A DNA stretch of 64,000 nt, from contig NC_058133.1 of assembly GCF_016433145.1 (NCBI RefSeq), forward strand, positions 233,411,473-233,475,472. The letters run 5' to 3'. The notes beneath the pieces are model-generated. The model saw only the letters and a list, made by a program, of their open reading frames with translations, did no database searches and was not told the origin of the DNA. The stretch is from Gracilinanus agilis. Its lineage: Eukaryota. Shown piece by piece: positions 1 through 13,563 of the stretch (its first letter is position 1; each line of letters starts with the position of its first letter). The position numbers and the translations under genes are program-made.

Positions 1-1942
1 ATCTTTCCTGTTCATAACTTTTCCTCCTTTGACCCTCTTTTGCAGATTGAAGCAAGAAATTCCCATCCCTAAAAGACAAAACTAGACTATTACCACAAGT
101 ATCAAGACATTTAAACTGTAGGTCTACCAGCAAAGCCCAGGCAATACCCACACTAACTATCCAAGACCAATTTGAGATTCCTGTTAGACCAGAGCTGGCC
201 AACCACTGGAGGAGGGACCCAGATACCCTTATCCCTCACTTTATTTCAGACCATATTAATCACAGGATCTGTTAGTGGATTGGTTAATGTCAGTTTGTTT
301 CTCTTTGACTCAAATCCTTATCAGGAAGAATGTATAAAACTATCACCTGGGAACAATGCAAGGAAGCAAGGAAGGTATATTCATTCAAGATACTCTATCA
401 GTAAGCTATCATGGTAACCTGAAAAATGTAATACAGCCCAAAGTTAAAAGGGAATAATTCTCTTTCCCTGTCATTACTCTGATTCATTGTTCCTCATTAG
501 AGATAATTTTATGCAAAAAAATTAAGCTATATAGAACCCTCAGGGAATAAATGAGTTCTTCCAGTATCTAGAGGTTTGTTCCTTTAAGCACCAAAACTTT
601 AAAATAATTTTAACCAATATGGAAGAAAATCTCCCGAAATGTATCATGCACGTCCAGCCTAACTTGCTATATGATGCCTTTCCTTTCCTTCTTAAACAGA
701 ATATATTGAACCAAATTTAAACTTTTTTTGGTGACTCAAGAATCTTATTGTGAACAAACATCTTTTTGTACTTAACCTGGCATATACATATAGCTCTATA
801 GCCTACTAAAGTATAAATGGTCATTTGTGCCTACCCTGAATGGCCCTCACCCATTGTGTTTTTTGAGTTCTTGAGTTTGTTTACAGTTTTTCCTGTCTTT
901 AACCTTGCTGTGAACTGTCACTTCTTACTATTATCAGCCCAGCTGCCATGGCAGCCCTTTTTCCTTCCCACTCCCTTTAATTTACTACTTCTAATATGCT
1001 TTAGGCTTAGACACCTCAGAACTAAGCTTATTTGAATTGTGTGTAAAGGTCTTTAAGAGTAAGCAAGCTCTGAGTGAAGGCCTGTCAGACTCTCCTTTGA
1101 GCAAAGTAAGTGAACCTTCTTAGAACAAAGATATTGTGTCTTCTCTTTTGGCTGCCCAAAGTCTTTTTGGCTTCCTTCCTGATTTATGCAGAATCAGCTG
1201 GAATTGTCAGGAGCTGAATTCCTGATAGGTGAGGTATTATTCTATAACCAGCATTATAGTTATACTATATTTATTATTTGATCAGCAAAGAATGGTGTAT
1301 GATCATGCTACCTGAAGAGCACATCATGAAGACTGCCTAGACAGTTTAGGATTGAAATGAAATAAAATTTCAAGAGTCTGATCCATTACTTAATTACCAT
1401 GGAGCACATACATTTATTAGGCATTTAGTTAGGCATAGATGATAAAGTCAATAAAAGGGCCCACAGATAAATGTTATTTTAATAGATCCTCTTGGCTTTT
1501 GGTGACTGGAACATTAATATGAATTGCCCTGCAGACAGGCCTGCTAAAATGTTCCCACTTCAACTTTTAAAGTAGTAGGGGCACAACCAGGTAAGGGCTG
1601 GAACTGAAGAGACACAAATTATTATTGTTATACATTATTATTATTAAGGGACTCTTAAGATTAGTCCTTTTCCCCAAAGGAGAAAATTGAGGTCCAGAGA
1701 GAGGAAAGGATTTGCCTAAAGTTGTACAGCTTTAAGTGGTTGTAACTCAAACTCAGATCTGGTGAATGCTAGTCTCACCAGAATTTAGCTAGACCAACAT
1801 GAAGAAAGAGTTCTTAGAGCAGGTGATTTTGGGGATCCCCAGAAACTTGAGGAGTTACAGAAATTAAACTTAAATGACTATTTCTTCCTTTTTTATTAGT
1901 AACTGCTAATTTTCAACCTCCTGAATTAATGATGATAAAACT

Positions 1943-2291
1943 TGTCCGGGTCCAGCCGGACACAACCGAGGGGTCCGGGGAAACGGCAACCTAATTACCC
2001 ATAGGGAAAGAAGAGGGGAGACCTTGCGCGCAAGACAGACAGAGTTATGTTGGTGGAAGCAAGGCTCGTTTATTGTAGATCTATGACAAGAATATATACG
2101 CTGAGGGCAGAAGGGGGTCGGCAGATACTAAGGGGGAAAGGAACGCGGAAAGGGAGCATAGAAAATCTCTGGTGGCGTCTTACTGTCTCCAAGCATGGCT
2201 GGGCCTATGATCAATATCTTATCTTAGAAGAGTGAATGATATCTATTCTTAGAAGAGTGACTATCTTTTCTTAAAGTCTTGGTCCCTAACA
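1943..2291 (-). mobile_element. Solo LTR, ERV2/betaretrovirus-like, young
   Basis: TG...CA termini. Perfect 6-bp TSD AAAACT at 1937-1942 and 2292-2297. Minus-strand TATA (~2093) and AATAAA (~2069-2074). 13 CpGs retained in a CpG-poor background. Confidence 0.85.
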
Positions 2292-2560
2292 AAAACTGTC
2301 TCTTGATTTTCTTAGACTTGGTATTTTGATCCTTAAATTCCTGCTCTTGTACAAAGACTGCCAGACTTGAAATCTGGAAAAGATCCGAGTTTCATCGTCA
2401 GCTACCAGGTATCAGGTGACAGAATATGTGACTTCAGATTTAATGAGGATGATTTTTGCCACTTACTCAGAATGTTCAAGTTTGAAAGTACCTTAGTGCA
2501 ATCATTCTTATCACTTTATAATTAATTTTTGTACTCTGGGCTTTTAAAAATTACATTATC

Positions 2561-2743
2561 GGGGCAGCTGGGTAGCTCAGTGGAATGAGAGTCAGGCCTA
2601 GAGATGGGAGGTCCTAGGTTCAAATCTGTCCTCAGACACTTCCCAGCTGTGTGACCCTGGGCAAGTCACTTGACCCCTATTGCCCACCCTTACCACTCTT
2701 CCACCAAGGAGCCAATACACAGAATTAAGGGTTAAAAAAAAAA
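2561..2743 (+). mobile_element. SINE1_Mdo-like tRNA-derived SINE
   Basis: GGGGCAGCTGGGTAGCTCAGTGG head with A box, GGTTCAAATC B box, and A tail. TSD AAAAATTACATTATC at 2546-2560 and 2739-2753. Confidence 0.9.
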
Positions 2744-3559
2744 TTACATTATCCATGTAGGTTGGTTTTGTTGAAATGTTTGTCCCCTCCCATTTCTATT
2801 CTTTGTTATAAAGGATGGCTCTCAGATAATGAGAAAGAATAATATCTTGAAATAAAGGTGATGTAGAAACAAAAGATATCAATAAAATTTTATTTTAAAC
2901 GTTGTCAACAAAAAATAGACTATTTTGGGAAGATTGTGCCACTTTTTATTCTGGAAGTTTACACAAGGAAGCTGGGAACATAGGAGTTCTTCTTTCTGCT
3001 TATTCTCACCTTTTCTGGTAAGATTTCACTTTGCAGAAATAATTTTTCCTTTGGTTTCTTCTGTATTTCTCTGGTATGAGAACTTAGCATACAGGAACTT
3101 AGCAACTAAATACAAGTTCATTGAGGAAATGGACTGTTTTCCTCACAGTACTCCTAAGTACCACCCAAACCAGATTAAAATATAATTGGGAAATATTTGT
3201 CAAAGTAAAAATACAATAGAACATAGAGACTGTTAACATGTGATTTTCTAAGTCATACTGACTTAGATGGCCTACAGGGATCCTTATATATAGAGCTGGG
3301 TAGCCCTTGTTTCTATTCTGTTTATTGGAGAGGTTTTAACTTACTCATGTTTATGCAGTACTAATATAATAAAAATGACTAAATTTATTTAAATACTAAA
3401 TTTATTTAGTGACCTACAAATATTAATTTATTCAAATTATTCATATCATAGGCATATTAATTTATTCAGTGATATACCAATTAAATTACCACATAGTTGC
3501 TTTAAAGATCTAGAAAAAGATAATAATGACATTTTTTTTCTGGAAAAACAAGAGGTCTA

Positions 3560-4520
3560 CCTTTCCTGGGGGAGAAATTGTGAAGGAAGGAGGTCTAGCC
3601 TTCCTTCTCAAATTATTACAAAGAGGTAATTATTTGGTACTGGTTAAAAACAATATACATAAGTTCTGCAAACCCAAAGACTAACTACTGAGCACTATTC
3701 AACAAAGAATCCTGGGGGAACAGAAAACAGTCGCCGAAAATGGGTGTATAGATCAGCATCTCACATCATATAACACAGTAAGCTCAAAAAAGATGTAGGA
3801 CCTAGATATAAAATGTCAAATGACAACCAAATTAGAGAAGATAGATATCTTTTGCAAATATAAAAGAAGTTCTCGTGATCAGATGAAGGGTAGAGAGAAA
3901 CAGATGGATAATTTTGATTTCTTAAAATGAGTATGCTTCAAAACAATCATTGCAATTAGACTTAGAAGGGAAACAGTTACCTATGAGAAGAAAATATTTT
4001 AAGCAAGCTTATCTCACAAAGGTTTGCTACCCAGGATACGTAAGGAACTGATTCAAATATATAAAAAACAAAAAAAAATTTTCATGTTTTTGCTGTGTTG
4101 TAAATACTATTTGAAGTGCTTTATGAGTTTTTCATTTCATCCTTATAACAACCTTATAAGTAGATCCTATTATTATCTCTATTTTACAGTTTAGGAAACT
4201 GAGGCAGGCAGAAGTTAAGTAACTTGCCTGTGGTTCCAGCCAATAAGTATCTTTGGAGAGATTTGAACTGAGGTCTTCCTGACCCCAGGCCTGATGCTCT
4301 ATCCACAGTGCCTTTAGGCACTGGGAAAATAAATGGTCAAAGGATATGAACTATCTAAAAGGAAGATACCAATAACCACATAAAAAATCGTTCTAGATCA
4401 CCAATTAAGATAAATGCAACTAAAAACAACTCTAAGGGTATACTTCAGACCCCTTAGATTAGCATAGATGACAAAAAAAGGAAAAGGCAATTTTTGGAGG
4501 GGTTATAGAAGGACAAGCAC
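3560..4520 (+). mobile_element. Degraded L1 ORF2 3' fragment, interrupted by a MIR-like SINE
   Basis: A-rich sequence with remnant YYK...WYW motifs near 3610-3645. Boundaries approximate. Confidence 0.55.
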
Positions 4521-6073
4521 TTTAATGCACTTTCTTTTTTTTAAATTAAAAAGTTTTTTTCAATTACATATAAAAACAATTTTTGACAATTGTTTTCTGA
4601 CATTTTGCAATTCAGATTCTCACCCTCTCTCCCATCCCCAGGGAGTTAATGGTCTGATATAGGCTATAGTAGTACTTTCATGCAACACATATTCCCTTAT
4701 TCCCCATATCATGACAGAAGATATATATTATTTACACAATAAACTCATGAAGGAAATATCATTTAAGTTGGTATGTTTTGAGCTACAATCAAATCAGTTC
4801 CTTCTTTGACTGGATAGTGTTTTGTGGTTTTTTTTTAACTTGAATGGCAGCTATTGGTTTTTTTTTTTTTTTTTTACATATTTGAGAATCGGTGTTTTTC
4901 TTCTGCCACCAAACATACCATATAGTATTTGACTGGCTGAATGAATCAAAGTCCTTAAGTAGTAAGGAACTTCAGGTTTTGCTGAGATTTTGTATAAAAC
5001 ATTATCATTATCTTCTCCCAGACTCATCTGTCCTTTAAACTTATTTCTTTTGAGAGCACCACCATCTTTTTGGATAGCCATAGCCAACATCAGGGTCATC
5101 CTTTTTCCTTGACCCCTTTAGCCAATCAGTTGTCAAATCTTGGTAATTGATGATTCTATTTCTTCATCTCATACATGCCTTCTTTCCACTCATATAGTCA
5201 CCAACCTGGTTTAGACTCTTGTATGTTTCCTGTGCCTTGGCAACAATTTCCTGATTGGATTCCTGGCTTCTAGTCTTATCTCTCTTTAGTCTATCCTCTA
5301 TACTAGTGCTGTCAAACTCTGGTAGAAATGGGGCCACTAAACCACACATAAGGATCCCTGCTGGCAATATATTAACTTATATTCTGTTGTATTTTTATTT
5401 TGTCAAATATTTCTCAGTTGCATTTTAACCTGGTTCTAATTGCAATAAGAATGTTGCAGGTGTATTGCAGGTCTCATTGGGTCCTGGTTGACACCTCTAC
5501 TCTACACAACTTCCACAGCATTTTTCCAAAGCATAAATCTGATCTTGTTGCACTCTCTTTCTCAAGAAATGTCAGTATTTCCTCTTATTTCTAGGATAAA
5601 ATATAAACTTCTACCACATAAACATAAATGTTGTTTAATATCATGGGACATAAAGGGTTTTTTTTTGTCTTGGGTGGTGGGCAGGGTTGTTATTCAGTCA
5701 TTTTTCAGTCACATCCAACTCTGTATTTGGGGTTTTCTTAACAAAGATATTGGAGTAGTTTGCCATTTCCTACTTCACCTCACTTTAAAGATGAGGAAGC
5801 TGAGGCAAACAGGTTTAAGTGACTTGCTCAGAGTCACATAGTTAATAAGTATTTGAGGCCAGATTGAAACTCAAGAAGAAGATGAATCTTACTGCCTCCA
5901 AGCCCAGCTTTTGTCCACTGGGTCACCTAGTTAAAGGTAAACTAAATCCACTGCTTCTCTTCAGCCTTCCATCAGCTATGTGAGCACTGTAACAAGACCT
6001 ATGTTGCTTTTTCTGGCCATCCACCCTGCTAATATTTTCAGATTTCCTTACTGTTTTTGTCTGTTTCTTACAG

Positions 6074-6174
6074 TGATCAGAGCTAAAGCTGTCAGTGGGA
6101 AAGAAGTGGACTCTGGAAATGATATTTATGGAAATCCCATAAAAAGGATTCAATATGAGATTAAACAGATAAAG
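6074..6174 (+). CDS. TIMP2: Metalloproteinase inhibitor 2, coding exon 2 ([34 protein letters not shown])
   Basis: Acceptor AG at 6072-6073 and donor GT at 6175-6176. 101 nt. Peptide is near-identical to mammalian TIMP2 and the phase is correct. Confidence 0.98.
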
Positions 6175-6500
6175 GTAACCAATGTTTTGATGTTGTATCA
6201 TACTGAATACACTGTACTTCTAAGTCTTATTTCTAGGGTAATTGCTAAAACAAAAGTACTCTTGGGTCTTATAAAATGGGAAATTAGAAGGCCATCAGGA
6301 AACAATGTGTTTATATTTAGCATTTTATAACCCCAGAACATTTTCCATGTGATGAAACTATAGCAGATAATCAATTATTAAAGAGGATTGTAGAGAATAT
6401 ATACTATTTTGATATTTTGAAGGATTTGTGATTTCTTCAATAGTAGGTAGAGCCCTGGGCTTGACGTCGGGAGATTTTGAAAACATTAAAATGCTATGGA

Positions 6501-6688
6501 GGGGGCAGCTGGGTAGCTCAGTGGAGTGAGAGTCAGGCCTAGAGACAGGAGGTCCTGGGTTCAAACCCGGCCTCAGCCACTTCCCAGCTGTGTGACCCTG
6601 GGCAAGTCACTTGACCCCCATTGCCCACCCTTACCACTCTTCCACCTATGAGACAATGCACCGAAGTACAAGGGTTAAAAAAAAAAAA
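6501..6688 (+). mobile_element. SINE1_Mdo-like SINE
   Basis: Full head and A tail. TSD TAAAATGCTATGGA at 6487-6500 and 6695-6708. Confidence 0.9.
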
Positions 6689-6989
6689 GATTTATAAAAT
6701 GCTATGGAAATGTTGTTTTTGTACTTACCTAGCTGCTACCAGAACAGATCACATTCTTGCCTCTTTTCACAATTAGCATGGTCACTTGGTTCCTAACCTT
6801 ACAGATGATTGCAGGTCTTCATTTTTATAATGTATATAAAGTGCTTTGCAAACAGTAAAATGCTATATAAATATCAGCTGTTATTGTCATCATCATCATC
6901 ATCATCAGTCATCATTGTGGTGAATCTTTCTGCCCTGATCTATGTTTGGTCTTTATCAAAAAATAATGAGACCCACAAAACTTGGATTT

Positions 6990-7250
6990 TTCCTGGTATG
7001 GGTGGTTCAGTGGAAAGAGTTCTGGACTTGGAGCCAGGAGGATTAATTTTTCTGAGTTCAAATGTATCCTCAAATATTTACTAGCTGTGTGATTCTGGGC
7101 AAGTCACTTAACCCTGCTTGCCTCCATTTCCTCATCTGTAAAATGATCTGGAGAAGGAAATGGCAAACCACTCCAGTATCTTTGCCAAGAAAATCCCAAA
7201 TGTGATCATGAAGAATCAGATATGACTGAAAAATAACTGAACAACAACAG
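6990..7250 (+). mobile_element. Mar1-like CORE SINE with RTE-derived tail (similar copies near 5660-5920, 9060-9250, 15240-15470, 49920-50140)
   Basis: CORE sequence followed by CCACTCCAGTATCTTTGCCAAGAAAA...GACTGAA...CAACAAC tail. Confidence 0.7.
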
Positions 7251-9249
7251 CTGGTAAGAACCCAGAATTGAACCCTTTAAGAATCTTTAAGAATCAGAGA
7301 AAGATTTTGGTGGAGAAAATGTTATATAAAACATAAAAGTACCTAACCACATATATATGAATTTTCCAAAAAGTATATCAACTTGAGTTTTAGTAAAGCA
7401 AATGTTAATCTCCCATGATTTACATGCACATTTTCATGCATATCTTTTCACGTCATTTCTGAATGATTGTTGATTGGTTGGGAACAGTTATCTAGTACTT
7501 ACAATGTGCTAAGTACCAGACCTATTGCTCTGGGGAATCTTATTATAATAATAATGAGAGCTGTCATTCACATAGTGCTTTAAGATTTGCAAAATGTTTT
7601 ACATGCACCATCTCATTCAAGCCTCCCAACAATCCCAAGAGGATGAGTACTATTGATATTTTCATTTTCAAGGTAAGGAGACCTAGGGAAGTGAAATGAC
7701 TTGCACATAGTCACACAACTGATAAAGATTCACACTCAGGTCTTCCTGGCTCCAAGTCTAGCACTCTTATAAGATACTGGATTGTGGAATAATGGAGATT
7801 GTTCCTTCTACCTTAGGGGTGCTTACCATCTCTTTAAATAAGGTTATTTATATCAATGCTGCTTGAAGTTGGTGGTGTGGCTATTAAGAGCTTTAAGGGT
7901 TTCAAGAAAGGAAAGATGGAGAGGATTAACTATGCTGGGCTTTACGGAATGAATGGTGAAGAAATGGAGAAGGCAAGAATACACCTACTTGTTGGGGGAG
8001 ATTGATTATGATAAGTAGGAGAAAATACAATAGTAAGTCACATGGTTTGAATTATGGTGTTTATTATTTAAGATTGGGAAGACAGGCATATTTAAATGCA
8101 GGAGGGGAAAAAAGATCAAAGGAAGTTGGAGAGGGAAGGGGTAAGTGTGAGAGAGCACACTTTCTCAGGGAAAAGCTGAGAAAGGATGAGATCCAGAGCA
8201 GAGATGTCAGAAACATTCAAATCCTGCCTCATTAACTAGTTATGAAACCCTGGGGAAGACACTTAACTATCTGCCTCAGTTTCCTCATCTGTAAAATGAG
8301 AATGAAAACCTCACAGAATTATTTTGAGGATCAAATGAGAAAATATACTTAAAGCACTTGGCAAACATACAAGTGCTAAATAAATGGCAGCTATCATTTT
8401 TATCTTTATTATACATGAAAGCAAATCAGTCATTTTAAGTGCTGATTATGTGCTAGGGAGGCAGCAATGAATAGAGTGCTGGACTTAGAGTTAGGAAGAC
8501 CCAAGTTCAAATCTGGTGTCTCTTCAAATTTGGAAAAACACAGAACCACTAAAGTAGCCAGAAATACCAAATCTTTAATCAGGATAAGAGATAATATTCT
8601 TAATATTCAACCTCCACAAAGAGTCAAGTGCCAAAGCTCCAGGACTCTAGGACCAGTGTCTTTGGGATAATGTACTGCCAAAGATGATTCTCCAAAGATT
8701 AATAGAACTTGTGGGTCTGATACACCTTTTGAGGGAACAAAAGGCTAGAAAATATGATTAGTTAGCTCTACAATGGATACAAGGAAATAAGGAGCCCAGG
8801 ATTTGAATGACAGGAAGAGCTAATGCTTTACACTAGCTACAAAAAGATGTTTGAAGCCCTGGGCTGGACTACCCCGAGGGTCTCTGATTAATTGCTATAA
8901 ACCTTTAAAACAAAAAGGGTAAAGAATTGATAGCATACTAATCTTATCTAAACTGTGTTCATAGTCTATTATTCAGTCCTGAGGTCAGTCAGGGACTTCC
9001 CCCTAGGCAAGTTCCTAAAGGATGGGGGGGGAGGGGAAATTTGGGGTTTCAAAAGACACAGTTGACATGCCTTTGACACTTGATAGCTCAGTGACCCTGA
9101 GCAAGTCACTTAACCTCTGTTTGCTTTAATCCACTGGAGAAAGAAATTACAAACCACTCCAGTATCTTTGTCAAGAAAACCCCATAGATAACAATGGTGT
9201 GCTATGGTCTATGGAGTCATGAAGAATTGGACCCAACTGAACAACAATA

Positions 9250-10400
9250 ATGTGCCAAGGATTGTGCTAGGTACTGAGGACATGAAAACAAAAGCAAATT
9301 AGTCTCTGTTTTCAAAGAAACTTATATATAAGATAAAATACAAACATCCAACACAGAAACATAGATGACATTTGACTTTAAGAAGTGCTAAAGTGGGGTA
9401 GCATATAGGCCTGGAAATGGGAGGTCCTGTTTTCAAGTGTGACCTCATATACTTCTTATATGTGTGACCCTGGTCAAGTCATATAACCTCCATTCTCTAG
9501 TCCTTACTTAGTATTGATCCTAAGATAGAAGTTAAGAGTTGTTCTGTTTTTGTTTTTTAAAGATACTAAAGCTCTTTTTCATCTCCAGTGGGCCAGCTAT
9601 TTTTATCATCATCTCTTGGGACAGATAACTTGTACTTATATAATGAGATAATATATTTATAAAATGAGATGTTTGTGAAGCACTTTGAAAGTTTTAGCTA
9701 TTTTTATTAAGATGTAGTCAAGTACAAAAATATATACGAGCTAACATTGGAAGAAGACATTAATGGTAGAAGGTGCCACTTAGAATGAACTTTGGAAGAA
9801 AATATATATTCTAAGAGGTCAAAGATGAGGAGGGATTTCATCAAAGACACAAAGGACAGCCAGTGAAAAGGCATGGATATGGGACAATAAAGAGATCAAT
9901 TGAGGTAGGCTATAGTACCCATGAAGGGAAATCATGGGTAAGAAGGCTGGAAAGGTGAGTTTGGGCTAGCTTGTCAACAGAGGAATTGATATTTTATTCT
10001 AGAGATGATTGGGAGCCATTGAGGTATGAGTAGCTCATGGGAGCATGAGGTATGAGCTGAACTTTTATGAAAATCACTCTGGCAGCTGTGTAAAGGAGTG
10101 GGAAAAGAGCTGAGGCAAGGAGAGCAATTGGAGTGCTACTTGTTATCTTTGCAAAAAAAAAAAAAAGAGGTTAAAAAAAAAAAAGAGGTAAGAGGCTATG
10201 GTTGTGGAAAGAAAGGCAATGACAAAAAAGAAGTGTTTAGGTAGAGGTGAAAAGATTTGACCACTGATTAACTATGGGATAAGAGTAAGGAATCAAGGAT
10301 GATACTGAGGTTCTAACCTGGGCAACTAGAAGGTTTCAATAGAAAAAAGCAAAATGACAGAAAACAATTGTCAAAAATTGTTTTTACATGTGATAAAAAA
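9250..10400 (-). mobile_element. Degraded L2 LINE region, interrupted by SINEs
   Basis: Purine-rich reverse complement of the L2 3' region. Boundaries approximate. Confidence 0.55.
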
Positions 10401-10869
10401 AAAATAAAAAAGACAGAAATGGGGAAGCACTCAGAGTATATATATTCAAGGAATTTTGTACTATGAATTTAAGGAAGACTCTTCTCAATCAAATCCACTT
10501 TTCACAATTTGGTTTTTCTTAAAATGAAGCATATCTTCATTTTTACACTGAAGCCCTTTTTCTTTCTCCCTATGATCTCTAGTAATTCTCTAAGCAATAA
10601 ATATAGCCAGTTATGTGCTAGGCTTTGGGAGTTTCAAGAAGGAGATAGAAGAAATGAAAGAAATAGTTCCTGATAATGAGCTTGCAAGCTAATTGAGAAA
10701 TAGTGATTAGTACACATGAAGCTACATTGAGCATGGCAGTGATAAATTGTGTTGATGTAGACTATGACAATGAGAGAGTTAGGAATATGAGGCCATGTCA
10801 TATTAGGTTCCATCATGCAGGAACGTTAAAATGGGAAGAATGCTAGGCCTGAATCTGATAGAAGAAAAT

Positions 10870-11593
10870 TGTAAGAGTTAAAATTATTTTTTGTCAAATA
10901 TAAGAGTTATAAAAAGTTGTTGTGGTCACTATTTATAAAAATTAAATATTAAGTCAAAAGGCTGTTAATAGCTTTAGTAGAGATAGTAGAGAGAGGGAAA
11001 TATAGGAAAGAGGTAGAAAATATTGCCTAGCTAAATACCCTAAGTCTGAATCCTAGTGTCTCCAGACCCCAAGTGCGAATCTGAATGCAAATCTCACCAG
11101 CCCATGAGAGTGTCTCCAGCAAAGTGTTTCACCAACCAGTAGCCCAACGCAGAAGAGGCTGAGCTGCAAAAGGCCATCTTTAACGTCAAGGAGGCAAAAG
11201 TCTCACCAGAGTAAACATCTCTCTTTAGCCCAAGTCACCAACGCAGAAGTCCAAATCCGAATGTCTACTAGAATTCAAAGTCCAAATCAGGAAGCCGAAA
11301 TCAGAAGCTGAATCCAAAATGAGAATACCTGACTTCCTGTTGGGTCTCACCTTATAAGCATTTTTTTTTTCCATCCAACAGTTCTCCCACGTGACATCTC
11401 AGGAACCAATTATAGTTCCTTAATTTGTCTAGTACTGCCCATGGTGGGTAGTGCTTGTGGGATCCACTTCTGGTCTTTGAGACTTCCTTTTTCTAGTAAA
11501 AGGTTCTTCAAGTGCTTGACTAAGTAAGTGTGAAAGGAGGGGCACTCCAAGTACTTGATTGATTAAGTTAAGATAAACAAATTCCCTTTCACA
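10870..11593 (-). mobile_element. Solo LTR, ERV1-like, related to 12967-13699
   Basis: TGTAA...TTTCACA termini. Shares blocks with the 12967 LTR (TTATAAGC...ACATCTCAGGAACCAAT..ATAGTT). No clean TSD. Confidence 0.65.
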
Positions 11594-13020
11594 GTATGTG
11601 ATGGGTATTAATCAGGAACTAGTATCAAGGAAATCCAGAATGAAAAAAAGATTAATGTAGAAGGAATCTTCAGATTAGTTTGAGGAACTTACCCGAGGGA
11701 AATTCAAAAGCACTGATCACAAAGTCACAGGTGGGTTCTGTACATGGGCTCTGTCAAATTTGCATGTCAACACCACTTGAGTAGAAAATATTCCTGAAGT
11801 ATAGATCTGACTATTTCAAACCCCTGGATAAGTACCCTAAGTAGTTCCTTATTTCCCCTATAATAAAATCCATGCTCCTTTTTGGCCATTCCTTCACAGT
11901 TTAGACTCCAGTCTCTCTAGAATTATTTCACATAATTCCTTCTTATTCTATGTACACTTGCCATTTGCATGGCATTCCATTTCCCATTTCTCTGCTTGGT
12001 ACAAGGTGAACCCCATACCTGGAATATTTCTCCCTCTCAATTCCAACCTCTTAGAATTCTTAGTGCCCTCCAAAATTCAGCTCAGGTAGTGCACTTGCTA
12101 CATAAAGCTTCCCTGATTTCCTATCTGTTAGTGTATTCTCATGTACCTATACCTGCAGATTAAGTTCCTGAGCAATCCACTGAATCTGATGCTAACAAAT
12201 ATTTTAAATTCCATCACTTACCCCGTGATCCAGATAAATGGCCCCTACTAGATGTTTCCCTTCCATTATAGGCATGTAACTCTGATCCGTAGAGTGCCCT
12301 CCCTCCTTCATCTCTGCCTCTTGGAATTCTGAGGTCCATTTAAGATGTTAGTGTTTTCCTACCCCTGAAATTACTTTGTATCTATTTTGTATTTGCTTAC
12401 TGAGTACACTCTATCTCCCCACCACTACTTCTACTCCCTAGCAGAGTAAAGCAAGGGTTGTTTTTGTTTTTGCCAATGCCTGGTACCAAGTACTAAAACT
12501 TTAATGATCTGATTTTGACATTAAGAGCTGGAGTATTAAGTTGAGGAAAACTTTATGGAAGAACTGTGGCCTAAACTGAAACTCACAGGAGTAGGCAGGA
12601 AGGAGGAGGTTCCATATGGGGATAATGGCATGAGATAGGCAAGGAGCTGAGTTCAAGCAGCAACTTAGAATATAAAAATATGTTTAGGGAAACAGATGGG
12701 AATAAAGTTGGATAAGAAAAGTTAGGTCTTGAAAGCTAGTCAGAGGAGTTGGAACTTGATCCAATAGGAAATAGGGAGTTTTTGATAGTTTTTGAGCAAG
12801 GGAGTGACATGGTGAAACCATATTGAAGGGAGATTAATTAGCCTAGTAGAGCTAGGCAGAATGATTTAATGCAGGAATAGCCCAGAATCAAATCAGAGAA
12901 GTCAACTAGAAGGCTGTTGAAATAATTTGGGTATAATGTGATGAAACTGGACTAGGGTGATGATGATGTAATATTTAAAATTATGAGGTTGGTCATAGCT
13001 AAATAACTTTATTAAATCAA

Positions 13021-13021
<1 letters not shown>

Positions 13022-13096
<75 letters not shown>
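13022..13096. repeat. (TAG)n trinucleotide microsatellite, about 25 units
   Basis: Perfect AGT repeat read directly. Confidence 0.98.
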
Positions 13097-13097
<1 letters not shown>

Positions 13098-13375
13098 AAG
13101 AGGAAAAAGTAGAAGAGAGATAGAGAGATATTTAACCCTTCTAATCTATTGTCACCATTATGAACCTTTAGCTATATTCTACCACCCTGCTCTTCCACAT
13201 GCACACCAAAGACCCAGACTTGCTCCTGGTCTGAATTTATAAGCTTTTTTTTTCCCACCCACTAACTCTCAAATGTCACATCTCAGGAACCAATCATAGT
13301 TTCTTCATTTGCCTTGGCCTACTGGGCAGTGCCTGTGGAATCACTGTTTCCTGTCTCACTGGTTCTTTAACTTCC

Positions 13376-13563
13376 TTTTTTTTTTTTTAAACCCTTAACT
13401 TCTGTGTATTAGCTCATAGGTGGAAGAGTGGTAAGGGTGGGCAACGGGGGTCAAGTGACTTGCCCAGGGTCACACAACTGGGAAGTGTCTGAGGCCGGAT
13501 TTTAACCTAGGACCTCCTGTCTCTAGGCCTGACTCTCAATCCACTGAGCTACTCAGCTACTCC
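13376..13563 (-). mobile_element. SINE1_Mdo-like SINE nested in the LTR
   Basis: Poly-T followed by the reverse SINE body. TSD TCTTTAACTTCCTTTTT at 13364-13380 and 13564-13580. Confidence 0.9.

Noticed and set aside
20-413. Strong polypyrimidine tract and CAG at 43-45 in TIMP2 intron 1, a possible exon of the nested CEP295NL/DDC8 gene
   Set aside because: All three frames close within 13 codons, only weak donors follow, and no CEP295NL-like peptide was recognised. It cannot be supported from sequence alone.
5980-6330. Long ORFs that run through real exons (also 17067-17351, 35096-35287, 58160-58393, 60924-61130)
   Set aside because: These are intronic read-through of annotated exons. Splice sites define the true boundaries.
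8992-9001. GGGACTTCCC NF-kB-like site next to a G-rich stretch
   Set aside because: A single 10-mer in 64 kb with no supporting cluster or conservation evidence.
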